Positions 10,119-21,595 of a DNA stretch of 64,000 nucleotides are shown here, piece by piece. The DNA comes from Nitrospirota bacterium (GTDB lineage Bacteria > Nitrospirota > Thermodesulfovibrionia > Thermodesulfovibrionales > JdFR-86), in contig CAVRJY010000001.1 of assembly GCA_963721805.1 (NCBI GenBank), positions 928,001 to 992,000 on the forward strand. Direction: 5' to 3'. The notes beneath the pieces are model-generated. The model saw only the letters and a list, made by a program, of their open reading frames with translations, was not told the DNA's origin and did no database searches. The position numbers were made by a program, and so were the translations under genes. Numbering within the stretch: the first letter of the stretch is position 1; each line of letters opens with the position of its first letter.

Positions 10119-11195
10119 CTATCGGGAGCGGCTCACCTCGGCATTTACCCTCGAGAGCGCCAGGATGTGCTGCGCGATGTTTTCAAGCGGGAGGACCTTC
10201 TCCGCCGCGCCGAGGTCTATCGCCTTCTTCGGCATCCCGAAGACTATGCTCGTAGACTCGTCCTGTGCGATGGTCGAGGCCCCGGCATCGCGCATCTCCT
10301 TTAGGCCGCGCGCGCCGTCCTCGCCCATCCCGGTGAGGATCACGCCCACGGCATTACGGCCCGCGTGCTCCGCGACCGAACGGAAGAGCAGGTCCACGGC
10401 CGGCTTGACGAAATTCACCGGAGGCCCGTCGCTGACCACCGTGTAGTACATCGCCCCGTCGCGCCTGATCGAGAGATGGCGGCCCCCTGGGGCGAGAAAG
10501 ACAGTGCCTGCTAGTATGCGCTCGCCGCCCTGGGCTTCCCTGACGTCGAGGCGGGAGATCGAATCCAGCCGCTTCGCGAACGAGGTGGTATAGACCGGGG
10601 GCATGTGCTGCACTATCGCGATGCCCGGCATCGCCGCCGGCAGCGAGGTAATCACCTCGGTCACGGCCTGCGTCCCTCCGGTCGAGGCGCCGATGGCTAT
10701 GATCCTGTCCGTGGTCTGCATGACCCTCGTGTCGAGCGCCGAGGCGTTCCTCACCAGCGGAGCAATCGGCAGGGCCCGCGGCCCCTTGACCTTCGCCCTC
10801 GCCGCGACCCTGACCTTGGCCGCGATCTCCGCAGCCTGCAAGATGACGCCGCTTGAGACGTCTATCGAGGGCTTGGTGACATAGTCCACAGCGCCGAGCT
10901 CCAGGGCCTTGAGCGTGGTCTCGCATCCGCGCTGCGTAAGCGCGCTTACCATCACGACCGGCATAGGGTCGTTCTTCATCAGGGTTTCAAGGAACGAGAG
11001 CCCGTCCATCCGGGGCATCTCTATGTCGAGCGTCAGCACGTCCGGCCTGAGGTTCCGGATCTTGCTCATCGCGAATATCGGGTCCAGCGCGGTGTCGACG
11101 ACCTCTATGTCCCCGGCGTCGTTGAGCAGCTCGGTGAGGAGCTTCCTCATCACGGCCGAGTCGTCGATGACGAGCACCTTGATCTTCCTACCCAT
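10119..11195 (-). CDS. cheB: Chemotaxis response regulator methylesterase CheB
   Basis: REC domain plus IGASTGG, VQHMP, LTGMGEDGA and FGMP motifs. Confidence 0.96.
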   Translation of the reverse strand: MGRKIKVLVIDDSAVMRKLLTELLNDAGDIEVVDTALDPIFAMSKIRNLRPDVLTLDIEMPRMDGLSFLETLMKNDPMPVVMVSALTQRGCETTLKALELGAVDYVTKPSIDVSSGVILQAAEIAAKVRVAARAKVKGPRALPIAPLVRNASALDTRVMQTTDRIIAIGASTGGTQAVTEVITSLPAAMPGIAIVQHMPPVYTTSFAKRLDSISRLDVREAQGGERILAGTVFLAPGGRHLSIRRDGAMYYTVVSDGPPVNFVKPAVDLLFRSVAEHAGRNAVGVILTGMGEDGARGLKEMRDAGASTIAQDESTSIVFGMPKKAIDLGAAEKVLPLENIAQHILALSRVNAEVSRSR

Positions 11196-11233
11196 TCATC
11201 GCACCCCTTCGCCTATGTTAAGGTCCATGCGTT

Positions 11234-12076
11234 TCATCGCTTTGTGTACGTGGTGACGAAGACCGGCCTGTATTTGTCCATGTGCTGCATGGATTCCGAG
11301 TGTCCGAGGAAGAGGTATCCGTCGGAGGCGAGGTGCTCGTGGAAGCGCGTCAGGACGTGGTTTTTCATCGGCTCGTCGAAATATATCATGACGTTGCGGC
11401 AGAATATGATGTCAAAGGGCCTTTTAAACGGGTAGCTCGGCTCCTTCAGGTTCAGCCTCTCGAACGTCACGTGGCGCTTGAGCCCCTCTTTGGCCATGAC
11501 CGTCCCGCGCTGTGCGCCTTCGCCCTTGAGGAAGTATTTCTTCACTATCTCCGCGTCGAGATCGGCCGGGAGCTGCTCGCGCTCGTATACGCCCACGCTG
11601 GCCTTCGACAGGACGTTCGTGGATATGTCGGTGGCGAGTATCTTTATGTCCCACTCAGGGCCGAAGGTCTCGAGCATCGCGATAGCGATTGAATAGGGCT
11701 CCTCGCCGCTTGAGCAGCCCGCGCTCCAGATGCGGAGGCACCGCTCCGCCCCCCGCGTGGACCGGAGGGCGTCCGTTGCGGGGCCGGTGAGGAATTTGAA
11801 GTGGTGCGGCTCGCGGAAGAACTCCGTCGTGTTCGTCGAAATGCAGTTGAGCATCTCGATCAGCTCGTCGCTGTCTTCCTTTATGCGCCTGTAATAGGCG
11901 CGGTAGTCCCCGGCGCCCGTGGCACGAAGCCTCTTTAAGAGGCGCGAGGTCAGAAGGCCCCTTTTCTGCTGGCCGAGCCTGATGCCTGACTGCCTATAGA
12001 TAAGGTCCGTATATTTTTGGAACATATCGTCGTCGACCATGCTTTCATCGCGTGCGGCGTTTGCGTAGGTATCCAT
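11234..12076 (-). CDS. cheR: Chemotaxis methyltransferase CheR
   Basis: TEFFRE, IWSAGCSSGEEPYSIA, FCRNVMIYF and LGHSES motifs. Confidence 0.96.
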   Translation of the reverse strand: MDTYANAARDESMVDDDMFQKYTDLIYRQSGIRLGQQKRGLLTSRLLKRLRATGAGDYRAYYRRIKEDSDELIEMLNCISTNTTEFFREPHHFKFLTGPATDALRSTRGAERCLRIWSAGCSSGEEPYSIAIAMLETFGPEWDIKILATDISTNVLSKASVGVYEREQLPADLDAEIVKKYFLKGEGAQRGTVMAKEGLKRHVTFERLNLKEPSYPFKRPFDIIFCRNVMIYFDEPMKNHVLTRFHEHLASDGYLFLGHSESMQHMDKYRPVFVTTYTKR

Positions 12077-12100
12077 GTCCCTGCCTCCGGGCTCGGGGAT

Positions 12101-12140
12101 GGGCGGCAGGAAGGGTTCCCGAAAACCCCGCCTGCCGCCC
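12101..12140 (-). other. Intergenic GC-rich stem-loop after the MCP gene
   Basis: GGGCGGCAGG...CCTGCCGCCC inverted repeat with no U-tract. Confidence 0.5.
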
Positions 12141-12171
12141 TTGGGGAGCGTCTTGAGACGAGACGCCGCTC

Positions 12172-15100
12172 TTAGAACTCGCTGAATCCGCTGCCTTTCT
12201 CGAATTCGGAATAATCGTGGTGCTTGCCCCCGTTGCCGCTGCTGCTGTGCGCGCCCGTCAAGGCCGGCTCGGGCTTGTGGCTGATGCGCGCAGCCGGTTT
12301 CGGGGCCGCATGGGGCTTTGAAGCCGAGGGCGCGGGCCTTGAGGCCGCCGTGGCGCCTTCGACCTTGAAGAACTCGACGATGTTCAGAAGGTCGCGGGCC
12401 TGCGCCGAGAGTTCCTCGGCCGCCGCCGAGGTCTCCTCGACCAGCGAGGCGTTCTGCTGCGTGGCCTCGTCGATCTGCGACATCGCGGTGTTGACCTGGC
12501 TCGTGCCGCGCGCCTGCTCTCCGGCGGCCGCGGCGACCTCGTCCATCAGGTCCGAGACCTTCTTTATCGAGGTCCCGATATCGCCGAGCTTGTGGCTGAG
12601 ATCGTTGGCGAGCTGAACGCCCCGGCCGGTCTTCTCGACGCTGTCTTCGATGAGCGTCGTGATCTCCTTGGCCGACTGCGATGCGCGCTGTGCGAGGCTC
12701 CGGATCTCGGAGGCCACGACCGCGAAGCCCTTGCCGTGCTCGCCGGCGCGCGCCGCCTCGACGGCCGCGTTGAGCGCCAGCAGGTTCGTCTGAAACGCGA
12801 TCTCCTCGATCACGTTTGAGATGTTCGCGATCTTGCTGGAGGACTTGTTGATCTCGTCCATCGCCTTGATTGTGTCGTCCATCACGCCCGAGCCGCTCTC
12901 GGCCAGGGACTTCGTGCCCTGCGCGAGCTTGTTGGCCTCAACGGCGCTCTCCGAGGTCTGCTTGATCGAGGCCGACATCTCCTCCATCGTAGAGGAGGTC
13001 TCCTCGATCGAGGCCGCCTGCTCGGTGATCTTCTGCGAGAAGTTCTGGTTGGCCGAGGCTATCTGGTCGGAGGCCTGGGAGACCTGAGCCGCGGCCTCCT
13101 TGGTCTGCGTCACGACGCGTTCGATATTGTCGCGGCATGCGCCGACCGCCCCGCTTATCTCCTCGAACGACTGCTTTGCGTGGGCAGTATCGGCGTCGCC
13201 CTCAGCGACGTTGAGACTGAAGCCGAGGTCCCCGTTCGCCATCTTGCCAAGGGCCGCCTTGAGCTTCTCGGTCTCTTCCGTCTGGTACTCGGCCACCTTA
13301 TTGGCGATCCTTTGGGCACGCATTACGGCCGTCTGGTCTACGACGACCTCGAAGGCGCCGATGATCGCGCCCTGCTGGTTATGCATAGGCTTGCCGGTAT
13401 ATTTGATTTCGAGGTTCAGCCCGGCGGGATGCGCGTCGGTCTCGCTCGTGGCCGCCGCGTTGCGGTTCATGGCCTGTCCGCACGCGCATTTGTCGGTATT
13501 GCAGTCGGAAGTCTTGAACTGGCTGTAGCACTTCTGGCCCACGAGCTGCTTCTGATCGGCCCCGAGCATGCTCGCCCCGGTCTGGTTCATGTATCGTATC
13601 GAGAAGTCCTTGTCGATTATCATCGCAGGGATGGGCAAGGTGTCCATCAGCCCGACAACCGTGTCCAGGGTGTTGTTTACTCCCTTGATGATCTTCTGGT
13701 AGTCGCCTTGGTGCTTGGATGCGTCCGCGCGCGTTGTGAGCCTGCCTTCGATCGCGGCCTCTGAGAGCATGTTGGCGTCCTCAACGAGCTGACTGAGCGC
13801 TCCGACGCACTGCTTCATCGCCCCGTTTATCTCCTCGAAGGACTGCCTCGCGAGGGTAGTGTCGCCGTCGCCCTCGGAGACCTTGATGTCGAATGCGAGG
13901 TCTCCGTGCGCCATCTTGCCAAGGGCGTCCTTGAGCTTCCGGGTCTCTTCCGTCTGGTACTCGGCCACCTTGTTGGTGACACTCATTGCCTGCTTTATGG
14001 CCGTCTGGTCCACCACGACCTCAAACGCCCCGATGATCGCGCCCTGCTGGTTCTTCATCGGCTTTCCGGTGTATTTGATGTCTAGATTCAGCCCGGCGGG
14101 ATGGGCGTCGGTCTCGCTCGTGACCTCGGTGTTGCGGTTCATGGCCTGCGTGCACGCGCACTTGTCGGTTTTGCAGTCCGAGGTCTTAAACTGGCTGTAG
14201 CACTTCTGGCCCACGAGCTGCTTCTGATCGGCCCCGAGTATGGTCGCCCCGGTCTGGTTCATGTACTGCACCGTGAAGTCCTTGTCGATGATCATAGCGG
14301 GCAGGGGCATGGTGTCCAGCAGCCCTACGATCGAGTCGACGATGCAGTTGACGCCCTCGATGATCTTCCTGAAATCGCCCTTGTGCTTCGAGGCGTCGGC
14401 ACGCTCGCTTAGCCTGCCCTCGATCGCAGCCTGCGAGAGTAGCGCGGAGTCGTCGATCAGGGCCCTGATGCTCAGGACCATGTTGTTCATCGCGACCATC
14501 AGCTCTCCGGTCTCGTCCCTGCGGCTGGTGTCGATTTTCATGTCCGTCTCGCCCGCCGCGACCTTGTTGGCCACGTCGATGCACTCAGAGATCGGCTTCG
14601 CTATGCTGCGAACTATCCAGACCGTCATGGCTATCGCCACGAGGAATGCCGCGACGAGGAGCCCTATCAGGGTGTTGCGCATGGTAGTGTATGATTTGCC
14701 AGCGTTGACTCCGTCGCCCATCATCGCGTCGCCCTCGTAATTTATGATCGCCTCGATGTTCTTGACGTAATCCGCCTGGGCCGTCCTGAAGCCGCCGAAG
14801 AGCAGGGCCGTGGCCTCCTGCTTCTTGCCCGCGAGGGCGAGGTCTTTGACCTTGGCCATCGAGTCCCTGTATACAGCCCTCGAACTCTCATAGTCCTTGA
14901 ACAGGTCCTTTTCCTTGTCGGAAGAGTTCGCTGCCGTGGTCATCAGCTTCTTCATCGCATCTATGTCGCCGTTGACCTGGACGGCCGCCTGGTCTATGCG
15001 CGCTGACTCCTGCATGATCGCATCCTTGCTGTCTACGAGCAGGATATTGCGGACGGCCCTCGCGGTGACGTTCAGCTGGTTTAAGATGTCGTTGGGGTAC

Positions 15101-15255
15101 ATGGTCTTCATGTAGGTCTCGTCCACCGTCTCTTTGAACAGGTCATCGAACGACGAGAGGCTCTTTATGGCCAGCCCCCCCACGATCAGGACTAATGCCG
15201 CCATCACTCCGAACCCTATGCCGAGCTTCTTTCCTATCCTCATGTCCGTAAACAT
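12172..15255 (-). CDS. MCP with four-helix-bundle sensor, HAMP domains and two Cys-rich PAS modules
   Basis: Two TM helices, [30 protein letters not shown] signalling hairpin, a duplicated internal module and C-terminal GFSEF. Confidence 0.95.
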   Translation of the reverse strand: MFTDMRIGKKLGIGFGVMAALVLIVGGLAIKSLSSFDDLFKETVDETYMKTMYPNDILNQLNVTARAVRNILLVDSKDAIMQESARIDQAAVQVNGDIDAMKKLMTTAANSSDKEKDLFKDYESSRAVYRDSMAKVKDLALAGKKQEATALLFGGFRTAQADYVKNIEAIINYEGDAMMGDGVNAGKSYTTMRNTLIGLLVAAFLVAIAMTVWIVRSIAKPISECIDVANKVAAGETDMKIDTSRRDETGELMVAMNNMVLSIRALIDDSALLSQAAIEGRLSERADASKHKGDFRKIIEGVNCIVDSIVGLLDTMPLPAMIIDKDFTVQYMNQTGATILGADQKQLVGQKCYSQFKTSDCKTDKCACTQAMNRNTEVTSETDAHPAGLNLDIKYTGKPMKNQQGAIIGAFEVVVDQTAIKQAMSVTNKVAEYQTEETRKLKDALGKMAHGDLAFDIKVSEGDGDTTLARQSFEEINGAMKQCVGALSQLVEDANMLSEAAIEGRLTTRADASKHQGDYQKIIKGVNNTLDTVVGLMDTLPIPAMIIDKDFSIRYMNQTGASMLGADQKQLVGQKCYSQFKTSDCNTDKCACGQAMNRNAAATSETDAHPAGLNLEIKYTGKPMHNQQGAIIGAFEVVVDQTAVMRAQRIANKVAEYQTEETEKLKAALGKMANGDLGFSLNVAEGDADTAHAKQSFEEISGAVGACRDNIERVVTQTKEAAAQVSQASDQIASANQNFSQKITEQAASIEETSSTMEEMSASIKQTSESAVEANKLAQGTKSLAESGSGVMDDTIKAMDEINKSSSKIANISNVIEEIAFQTNLLALNAAVEAARAGEHGKGFAVVASEIRSLAQRASQSAKEITTLIEDSVEKTGRGVQLANDLSHKLGDIGTSIKKVSDLMDEVAAAAGEQARGTSQVNTAMSQIDEATQQNASLVEETSAAAEELSAQARDLLNIVEFFKVEGATAASRPAPSASKPHAAPKPAARISHKPEPALTGAHSSSGNGGKHHDYSEFEKGSGFSEF

Positions 15256-15298
15256 CGGTTTATCCTCCTTGCATGCGAGTGGCGCATGGCATTTATAT

Positions 15299-15820
15299 TC
15301 AGGCTGCCTGGGGCTGATCGGCCGGGCTGCCGGCCATCTCGGCCACCATGGCCGATTCTTCGTCGCTTAGCACCTTGTCTATATAAAGCACGAGCACGAG
15401 CCTGTCGCCCACCTTGCCCATACCCTTGAGGAAGTCCGTCCGCACCCTGGCGCCGAACGAGGGGGCCTGGGTTATCGAGCTTTCGGCCATGTGCAGGACG
15501 TCCGATACAGCATCGACGATGAGCCCCATCACGCCGCCCGGAAACTCGGTCACTATGACGCAGGTGTGCTTGTGCGCGTCGCCCGACTCCATGCCGAACT
15601 TCATCTTCAGGTCCACGACCGGGATGATCGTGCCCCGGAGGTTTATGACCCCCTTTAGGTATTCCGGCAGGTGCGGGACCTTCGTGACGTTCGAGAGCTC
15701 GATGATCTCCTGCACGTTCAGGGCGTCCATGGCGTACAGCTCATCGTTGAGCGTAAAGCTGACGTACTCCTGCCCTGCCTCTGACTGCTCCTCGCACATC
15801 CTCGACGCTAACGCCTCCAT
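15299..15820 (-). CDS. cheW: CheW
   Basis: [24 protein letters not shown] and [10 protein letters not shown] motifs. Confidence 0.95.
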   Translation of the reverse strand: MEALASRMCEEQSEAGQEYVSFTLNDELYAMDALNVQEIIELSNVTKVPHLPEYLKGVINLRGTIIPVVDLKMKFGMESGDAHKHTCVIVTEFPGGVMGLIVDAVSDVLHMAESSITQAPSFGARVRTDFLKGMGKVGDRLVLVLYIDKVLSDEESAMVAEMAGSPADQPQAA

Positions 15821-15839
15821 GTATCCTCCTTTTCGCAGC

Positions 15840-17965
15840 TCATCGCGCTGTTTCGACCTCTGTCCTCGATGCGACTTCCACAATGCCCGGGATGTCCAGG
15901 ACGAGCGCTACCCGTCCGTCCCCCAGGATCGTTCCCCCGGCTATGTCGCTTACCTGCGGCAGCGCGCTGCCAAGGTGCTTTATCACTATCTGCTGCTGCC
16001 CGATCAGCGAGTCGACGAGCAGGCAGAAGCGCTGGCCGTCGTGGCGGGCCACGACGACTATGGCCTCGGAGGGCTCGGTGCACATCGGGTCGATGCCCAG
16101 GAGTTCGTGCAGCCTTATCAGGCGGAGGTACTCGCCCCTGACGCTAACCAGCTCGCCCTTGCCCTCGACCGTTTTGACTTCCGAGCGCTGCGGCCTGAGG
16201 GATTCGACCACCGAGGTGATCGGTATGATGAAACGCTCGTCCCCTATCGAGACCGCCAGGCCGTCGATGATCGCGAGCGTCAGCGGGAGCTTTATCGTGA
16301 TCTTCGTCCCGCGTCCCGGATCGCTCTGAAGCTGCACCTTGCCCTTCAGCTCGTCGATGTTGCGCCTTACCACGTCCATCCCGACCCCGCGCCCCGAGAC
16401 GTCCGTGACCTTCTCGGCCGTCGAGAAGCCGGGGGCGAATATCAGGGCGTATATCTGCTCGTCCGTGAGGGCCGCGTCCTGCCGCACCAGCCCCTTCTCT
16501 ATCCCCTTGGAGAGGATGCGCTCGCGGTCGAGGCCCCGTCCGTCGTCCTCGACGTCGATGAAAACCGCGTCCCCGTGCTGGTAGGCGCTGAGCCTGAGGA
16601 TGCCCCTTACCGGTTTTCCGGCCGCCGCGCGCTCATCGGGGGTTTCTATGCCGTGGTCTATCGAGTTTCGGATCAGGTGCACCAGCGGGTCGGTGATCTT
16701 CTCGAGCATGCCCTTGTCCATCTCCGTCTCCTCGCCCTCCAGGACGAGGTCGATCTCCTTGCCCTTGGTCGAGGACAGCTCCCTTACGAGGCGGCCGAAC
16801 CGGCCGAAGACTTCCCCTATGGGCAGCATGCGCAGCGACATGGTGCTTTCCTGGATGTCCTTGCCTATGCGCTGCAGCTGCTGGAGTATGGCCTCGAAGC
16901 GCTCGACTCCATACGCTGACTGACCGTTTCCGCCGCCACCGCCGTCGCCGTGGAGCGTCTGGAAGAACATCGAGTGTATGATGACCATCTCGCCGACTAT
17001 GTTGATCAGGTGGTCGAGCTTTCCGAGGTCCACGCGGATGGTGGAGGATATGGAGTTCTTAAACGCGTCGCTCCTGACCGAGCGCTGTTTCTCGACTACG
17101 CGCTCGACGTCGTCGCGCGCCGCCTTGCCCTGTTCGACCAGTATGTCGCCGAGCCTCTTTTGGGACTTCAGCGCGGCCATCGACGTCCTCGGCGGCCACG
17201 ACCCCGTCGGCCACAAGGAGCTTGCCGATCGCATTGGCAGTCTCAGGGCGGGTCTCCTTAATGCGGCTTTCCTGTATGAGCAGCGTGCTTCCCTGCTCGA
17301 CGAAATCGAAGACCCTTCGCATGTCTTCCCTGTCGGCCGTGGTCTCGACGCGGATGACCCACTTGAGGTACAGCTCCTCGGGGTTTATCGCGGACAGCGG
17401 CGGGACCCCGTCCGTGTTGCAGACGACCGTCATGGATTCCGAGATCGCCGCGAGGTCTTCAAACAGTATCAGCGGGTCGATGCACCTGAAGTAGCATGTC
17501 CGCGTTCGGCTCGAACACTATGCGCCAGCCCTTGGAGGCCGCGCATCCGGCGGCCTCGGGCTGCGGGCTGTCGTCACAATCGCCGCCGGCGAGGGCCTTC
17601 ATCCTCGCGCTGAGGCCGGCCGTGCCGCCGTAGTCGAACTCCCCGTCGCCGAATATCGCGCCTACCATCGCCTTTATCGCATCCGTCGCCCCGAGGAGGA
17701 CGTCGGTTACGGCCTTGTCGGCCTTGAGGCTGCCCTGGCGCATCGCGTCGAGGACCTCCTCCACGCCGTGCGTGAATTTCGATATCTCGGGGAAGCCGAG
17801 GCTGGCGCTCGAGCCCTTTATGGTGTGGGCCGCGCGGAAAAGGCTGTTTATGAGCTCGGCGTCCCCGGGGGATTTCTCGAGCGCGAGCAGGCCGCTTTCG
17901 AGGTCAGCGAGTTTCTCGTTGGCCTCCTCTACAAATACGCCCCAGAGCTTCTTTACGTCCAGCAT
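15840..17965 (-). CDS. cheA: CheA histidine kinase, split by frameshifts near 17490 and 17180
   Basis: Hpt domain (LFRAAHTIKGSS) in 17459-17965, P2/linker in 17059-17433, and dimerisation/HATPase/CheW domains (HLIRNSIDHG, SGRGVGMDVV) in 15840-17234. Confidence 0.92.
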
Positions 17966-17994
17966 TATTCCCCCGGTATCCCTGTGCCTGCCGT

Positions 17995-18357
17995 CTATTT
18001 CACGAACTTCTTGACGATGCCCACCAGCTGCTCGGGCTTGAAGGGCTTGACTATCCAGCCCGTCGCACCGGCCTGCGAGGCCTCTGACTTTTTGTTGTCC
18101 TTCGATTCGGTCGTGAGCATGAAAGTAGGCACGAACTTGTACCCGGGCAGCGCCCGCAGCGATTTTATGAACGTTATCCCGTCCATCTCGGGCATGTTGA
18201 GGTCCGTGATCACCATCTCGACCTTCGCCGTCTGGAGCTTGGCCAGGGCGTCCTTGCCGTGCACGGCGTCGATGACGCTGTAGCCCGCGTCCTTAAGCGC
18301 AAAGGACACGAGCTGTCTCATGGAGGCGGAATCGTCGACTATCATGATGCATGCCAT
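17995..18357 (-). CDS. cheY: CheY-like response regulator
   Basis: VDDS, TDLNMPEMDG and GWIVKPF motifs; directly upstream of cheA. Confidence 0.93.
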   Translation of the reverse strand: MACIMIVDDSASMRQLVSFALKDAGYSVIDAVHGKDALAKLQTAKVEMVITDLNMPEMDGITFIKSLRALPGYKFVPTFMLTTESKDNKKSEASQAGATGWIVKPFKPEQLVGIVKKFVK

Positions 18358-18381
18358 GCGAATCTCCTTTCCGGGCGGATC

Positions 18382-18654
18382 TCAGCCTGAAGCGGTATCT
18401 AGCCGGAGCCCAGCCCTGGCGGCCAGCTGCGAGAGCGCGCTGCCGCTGACGAGCGTGAAGGCGGCGTGGCGCGCCGTGCACTCCTTGCGTGCAGAGACGA
18501 TCAGCTGGAGCACGGATATGTCGATGTGCTCCACGCCCGAGGCGTCTACCGTGAGCCCGGCCCCGGCGTCGATGGCCTCGATGAAGGACTCCCTGAGCGG
18601 ACGGATGCCTTCGATAGTGCAGAGCCTGTCAAGCGTTACCTTGCCGGTTGCCAT
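18382..18654 (-). CDS. STAS domain protein
   Basis: VDASGVEHIDISVLQLIVS STAS_2-like pattern; typical position before cheY-cheA. Confidence 0.8.
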   Translation of the reverse strand: MATGKVTLDRLCTIEGIRPLRESFIEAIDAGAGLTVDASGVEHIDISVLQLIVSARKECTARHAAFTLVSGSALSQLAARAGLRLDTASG

Positions 18655-19714
18655 CCGTACCCTCCGCCTGCGCGTCTGCGCCCGCGCCTTCCATCAAGCT
18701 GGTGTCGTAGGATTCCTTCAGCGTCCTGCCGATGGCGCTGCTGCGGTCGTAGTGGTCGCTGTTGTAGAAATCGCACCGCAGGCAGTCCAGGAGCTTCTCG
18801 GCGTGGCTGCCGTGGATGCGCCCGGTGCACATCGTGCCGGTCACCCCGGCGCACTTCCTGCCGTGGGCCGCGTATGCCGGGCAGACGCCCAGCGAGGCGC
18901 GCGCTCCGCCCTCCTGCCTGCCGCAGTTCAGGAACTCCCAGCAGTTGAGCTTGTATGCGAGCTTGCCGTGGTCCTTCCACGCCTCGGCCGGCGCGGGGTA
19001 GCCGAGGTAATAGCCCTGCGCGTACTTGACGCCTATCTGCTTGAGCACCGAGAGTTCATCCGCGGTCTCGACCCCTTCGGCGATGAGGCTCGAATGCATC
19101 TTCTTCGCCATGAGGTTCATGCTCCCGACCAGGTCCTGCTTGCGCGCGTCCTTATGGAGGTCCTTTATGAAGACCCTGTCGACCTTCAGGTACGCAGGGT
19201 GCAGCATGAGGAGCTGGTAGAGGTACGGGGACCTGATGCCTATGTCGTCGAGCGCCATGTCGATGCCCGCCTTGCGCACGGTCTCGAGGTTGCGCAGTAT
19301 GTCCGTGGTCTGGCTCCTGTCGGTGTTCTCGGAAATCTCGAGCACTATGCGCCTGACGTCGATGCCGAGTTCCCGCAGAAGCCCGAGGTGTTCGTCCATG
19401 TTGCGGGCCATGAGTTCGAAGGTCCTGCTCGTTATGTTTATGAACAGCTTAACCCCGCCGGGCAGGTTGCGGCCGGTCCTGACCGAGGACTGGATGCCCG
19501 AGTGGTCCATGAGCATCAGGAGTTCGTCGCTCAGCGAGCCTGGAGCGTTAAACAGCGCCCCCGGGTTGCACATGCTCGTGTTCTCGGGGCCGCGCATGAG
19601 GGATTCGTACCCTATCGCGCGCTCCGACGAGATGTCGGCGATCGGCTGGAACACGGTCGAGAAAAACCCGCGGTTGATGATGGCGCGCACCTCGCGTTCT
19701 ACCGCCGTGTCCAT
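18629..19714 (-). CDS. EAL domain protein with C-terminal Cys-rich (two-CW-like) domain
   Basis: FQPI, YESLMR, LEISE, ALDD, LKVDR, AEGVE and AQGY motifs, then NCWEFLNC...CPAY...KC...MC...CLRCDFY. Confidence 0.85.
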   Translation of the reverse strand: MDTAVEREVRAIINRGFFSTVFQPIADISSERAIGYESLMRGPENTSMCNPGALFNAPGSLSDELLMLMDHSGIQSSVRTGRNLPGGVKLFINITSRTFELMARNMDEHLGLLRELGIDVRRIVLEISENTDRSQTTDILRNLETVRKAGIDMALDDIGIRSPYLYQLLMLHPAYLKVDRVFIKDLHKDARKQDLVGSMNLMAKKMHSSLIAEGVETADELSVLKQIGVKYAQGYYLGYPAPAEAWKDHGKLAYKLNCWEFLNCGRQEGGARASLGVCPAYAAHGRKCAGVTGTMCTGRIHGSHAEKLLDCLRCDFYNSDHYDRSSAIGRTLKESYDTSLMEGAGADAQAEGTDGNRQGNA

Positions 19715-20088
19715 CAGTGCACCCTGGTTTCCTGGATGGCGTTCATGATCGTCTTGAATGAGACCGGCTTCTCGAAATAGTAGTCCGCGCCTCTTAGGAA
19801 CGCGGCCTTCATGATCTCGGCGCTCCCAAACCCGGTTATCACTATCACCTTGGTCGCCTTGCTGGCCTGCTTAACGGCATCGAGGACCGCGAGCCCCTCG
19901 GCCGATAGCGTGCCGGTCAGCCTCACGTCGGCTATCACCGTCGAGTACGAATTCCCCTTTATGTTGGCGCACGCGTCGATGAGGGTCTCGGCGGTATCCA
20001 CTTTGTAACCCTCGGACTGGAGCATGTCCTGAAGGGCCAGGAGATATGCCTTCTCGTCGTCAACCAGCAAGACGCTTTCCTTCGCCAT
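19714..20088 (-). CDS. Single-domain response regulator
   Basis: LLVDDE, IADVRL, ITGFG and FEKP receiver motifs. Confidence 0.9.
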   Translation of the reverse strand: MAKESVLLVDDEKAYLLALQDMLQSEGYKVDTAETLIDACANIKGNSYSTVIADVRLTGTLSAEGLAVLDAVKQASKATKVIVITGFGSAEIMKAAFLRGADYYFEKPVSFKTIMNAIQETRVH

Positions 20089-20114
20089 GGTCGCTCTCCT
20101 CTCGGCACAGCACA

Positions 20115-20130
20115 AGCATCTTGTGTGCCA
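20115..20130 (-). promoter_or_regulatory. Sigma54 (-24/-12) promoter
   Basis: Minus strand reads TGGCACACAAGATGCT (GG-N10-GC), 27 bp upstream of the first gene of the RR-EAL-che operon. Confidence 0.7.
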
Positions 20131-20215
20131 GAGGGGAGAGGGGTCATAAGCCGTTTGTTAATATGGGGTTTATGCGTCAGCGTGCGGGCAGGTGGAAGGA
20201 TGCTTCATGCATCAT

Positions 20216-20255
20216 GTCTCACCGAGACGTCTCACGTGAGACGAGACTTGAGACG
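20216..20255. promoter_or_regulatory. Putative enhancer (bEBP binding sites)
   Basis: Clustered GTCTC/GAGAC half-sites, including the perfect palindrome CGTCTCACGTGAGACG (20228-20243), about 100 bp upstream of the sigma54 site. Confidence 0.55.
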
Positions 20256-20264
20256 CGGGGGGCT

Positions 20265-21594
20265 TCAGACCATGCCCAGGCGCTTCATCTTGCGATACAG
20301 TGTTGCGCGCGAGATTCCGAGCGCCCGCGCCATCTCCGCACGGCTGCCGCCGGTCTGCCCGGCGACCGCGCGGATCTCGGCTTCGGAGGGGTCGGCGGCC
20401 GGAAGCCTCCCGGAGAAGGCCGGGATATGTGGGCGTGCCTCGCGCTCGTCGGCATAATAAAACATCTCCGGCGTGAGTTCGGCATCGCGTCTGAGCATCA
20501 CCGCGCGCTCTATCGCGTTTCTGAGTTCGCGGATATTGCCGGGCCACGGCCTGCGGCTGAGGGCGTCGATGACATCCGGGGATACCGCAGCCGGGGGGAT
20601 GCCGAGGCCTATGAGTATCTCGCTGACGATCGCGGGCAGGTCCGGCGTGCGCTGCCTTAGTGGGGGAATCGCGATGCTTATCACGTTGAGCCTGTAGAAA
20701 AAATCCTGTCTGAAACTCCCCCTCGCGACCTCATCGGCGATCTCATGGTTGGTCGCGGCCAGGAGGCGGAAATCGCTGAACCTCGTGCGGGTCTCGCCGA
20801 TCCGCCTGTACGTCTTCTCCTCGATGACCTTTAGCATGCTGGCCTGCACCGCGAGGTCCATGTCCCCGACCTCGTCGAGAAAGAGCGTCCCGCCGTCGGC
20901 GTAGCTCACGAGCCCTTCGTGGTCCTTTACGGCCCCGGTGAACGCGCCGCGTGCGTGGCCGAAAAGCTCGCTTGCGAGGACCTCGCCCCTGAGCGAGGAG
21001 CAGTTGACCTCTACGAACGGGCCCTTGGCCCTCGGGCCGTTTTCGTGCAGCCACCGCGCAAGCATGCTCTTGCCGGTGCCGGTCTCGCCGAGTATCAGCA
21101 CGGGGGCCTCGCCGAGCGCCGAGGCGGAGGCCGTCTCCATGCATGCGGCCATCGCGGCCGAGCGGCACTGCGAGAGGACGTCGCGCCCGCCGGTGGAGAC
21201 GTGCCTTGCCTGGTCTTTTCTCCTGAGGCTGCTCGGCCTCGATCGCCTTGTTCAGGAACGCCTCAAGGCTGCCGAAGTTCACAGGCTTGGTCAGGAAGTT
21301 GTCGGCCCCGCCGGTCATGGCCTCCACGGCAAGCGGTATGTCGCCCGTCCCGGTCACGACCACCAGCACGGCCGACGGGCATGCCTGCCTGAGTTCGGGT
21401 ATCAGCGAGACTCCGTTTCCGTCCGGGAGCCATACGTCCAGGAGCACCGCGTCGAACCTGCGCTCGCAGAAGAGGCGCCGCGCCTCGGCCAGCGAGCCCG
21501 CCTCTACGGCGGCATAGCCGCACTCGCCCAGGAAGGCCGAATACGCAAAGCGCATCGCGCTCTCGTCGTCTATGATGAGCACCGAGGGCTTCAT
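20265..21594 (-). CDS. NtrC-family sigma54-dependent response regulator (frameshift near 21232)
   Basis: REC domain in 20743-21594; GETGTGKS, ELFGHARGAFTGA, FLDEV, WPGNIREL and Fis-type HTH in 20265-21152. Confidence 0.9.
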
Positions 21595-21595
21595 G

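Noticed and set aside
11195..11234. cheD between cheR and cheB
   Set aside because: The gap is only 38 bp, with no CheD-like ORF or remnant.
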